DNA of 64,000 nt, taken from assembly GCA_003971905.1 (NCBI GenBank), contig RSEE01000049.1:124001-188000 (forward strand), given 5' to 3'. This DNA is from Moniliella sp. 'wahieum'. Its lineage: Eukaryota. The position numbers and the translations under genes are program-made. Shown here piece by piece: positions 62,759 to 64,000 of the stretch (the first letter of the stretch is position 1; every line of letters starts with the position of its first letter). The notes under the pieces were generated by a model. That model searched no databases and had not been told where the DNA came from. It saw only the letters and a program-made list of their open reading frames with translations.

Positions 62759-63776
62759 CTATCTCATTCGTTGCCCGCCATCCACCGTTTGTATCATTGA
62801 CACCATATCCACCAGGGTCCAAGGTCGAGTGAAGTATTGTCCAAATACATTATGGTAGGGAAGCCCATTTCTCCAATATCGGAGTGAGCCAGGGTAGCAG
62901 GTGTCCACCTCAAGGACCCACCTGGCCTGCGGCTGAGCTACTCCAACGAAAGAAAAGCAACCCGTGCCCGAAACGTGCATGGACCGAGCCACAAGAGGCC
63001 TATTGCCAGGCCACGTGACCGTTAGATTAGCTTGCGGGAGGGGTAGAACCGAAAGCATCCTTGCTGTCCTCGAGAATGGAAGCATCCTGAGGTGCGTCCG
63101 GTTTGGTTTGGTCGTCAACAGAGGAGAGCGGAATGTATGCGGTCTCAGCAGGCGGGCGCTTTCCAAACCAGCGAACAAGGAAGTTGTCGAAACCACTTAT
63201 AGCCTTCACCCATCAATCCACAAAACACAAATAACAGCAGCCCCGCTGATGCTTCGGAAGTCACGGTGATCACCAAGAAGAGCTGGCGACAGGCATCGCT
63301 GTGGGGATGTTGAGCCCAATTCATACCCGAGACAATGACGAAGACGAGCCACCCAATAGTGCCAATAGTCCCCGCAGCATATAACTTCCTCCCAGCAAGC
63401 CCCACAATGGTAAAGATGATGCGAAGCACGTCGAGAAGCAATAGCACAATTTGTCCCCAGGTGGGATCGGAGACAGCGAAGAAATGAATCAGAACCCTCA
63501 TGGTCCAAACGAAGATCGCAGCCATACCAGCGATCACAAGCACAGCCCCACCACCTCAAGGGCCTCATTGGGCGAATGCGAGGTTGATTTGGCGCCCGCA
63601 TCCGGTGTAGACTCCGTGCTGGCGGCGGGGGGAGCGTGGTCAAAGTAGACAAAGCGGGGGGCACCGGCTGAACCATCATCAGATACGGAAGAGATGCTGC
63701 TACCAGCCTCGGCAGGTGAAGCGCGGTACACATGGACGACGGTGTTGCCGTCGAGGGGATACGGCGCAGTGGGCAT
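62759..63776 (-). CDS. Hypothetical multi-pass membrane protein; frameshifted, 3' end uncertain
   Basis: 'MPTAPYPLDGNTVVHVYR..' leading into about 4 hydrophobic segments ('LVIAGMAAIFVWTMRVLIHFF', 'IVLLLLDVLRIIFTIVGL', 'IGTIGWLVFVIVSG', 'AGLLLFVFCGL'). Confidence 0.55.
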
Positions 63777-64000
63777 GGCAGGTAGAGGGATGGCGAAGGG
63801 TGGGGAGGGATGAAGAAGGATGGGGAAGAATGCGGGATGGGAGGATGGAGGGTGGTGGCCGTAGTAAGCCAACAGCTGGAGCGAAGAGGGAAATGGAATG
63901 GATGGCGAGAGAAAGCATGCCCGAAAAGGGATGCTGCGCACGAGCGCCTGCTGCGCCGAGGGCCCCACGTGATAACACATACATCGCTTGATCGACATGA

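Overview
Gene-dense, GC-rich eukaryotic DNA from a fungus, very probably a basidiomycete. It has short GT..CTRAC..YAG introns, a Fuz7/Ste7-type MAPKK and an H2A ending SQEV. Almost every gene, histones included, is broken by 1-nt indels, so this looks like an unpolished long-read assembly, and CDS bounds are approximate. Gene order: YOR1-like ABCC transporter (runs off the left edge), PXMP4-like, coiled-coil orphan, PEX33/Pex14-17-like, MET6, SIN3, malate synthase, a compact H4/H3/H2A/H2B quartet, HSE1, STE7/Fuz7, an alpha/beta hydrolase, SPT6, TRM140/METTL2, IRC5/LSH-type SNF2 ATPase, an orphan, AreA/Gat1 GATA factor, SYT1-like Sec7-PH GEF, cofilin, a small orphan, intron-containing tRNA-Pro(CGG) and an orphan membrane protein. 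Two 5'-truncated copies of an RLE-type (CRE/Cnl1/MoTeR-like) non-LTR retrotransposon are present. The most striking unexplained signal is non-coding. Many intergenic regions carry short in-register arrays of 7-bp units of the form nnTnAnn (CTTCAAG, GTTGAAC, TGTGACA, GATCATC, CATGATG, CGTCACG, CCTGAGG, AGTTACT, GGTAACC). Sequence differs between loci but geometry is constant, and in several arrays a non-palindromic 'founder' 7-mer is mirrored outwards on both sides. I infer these may be scars of a recurrent hairpin-forming cut-and-repair process, such as repeated insertion/excision of an element with a 7-bp target. No responsible enzyme is seen in the window. Other points of note: an H3 with A75S/F78W next to K79, Spt5-CTR-like heptads on Spt6, and a candidate structured ncRNA at about 31.5 kb.
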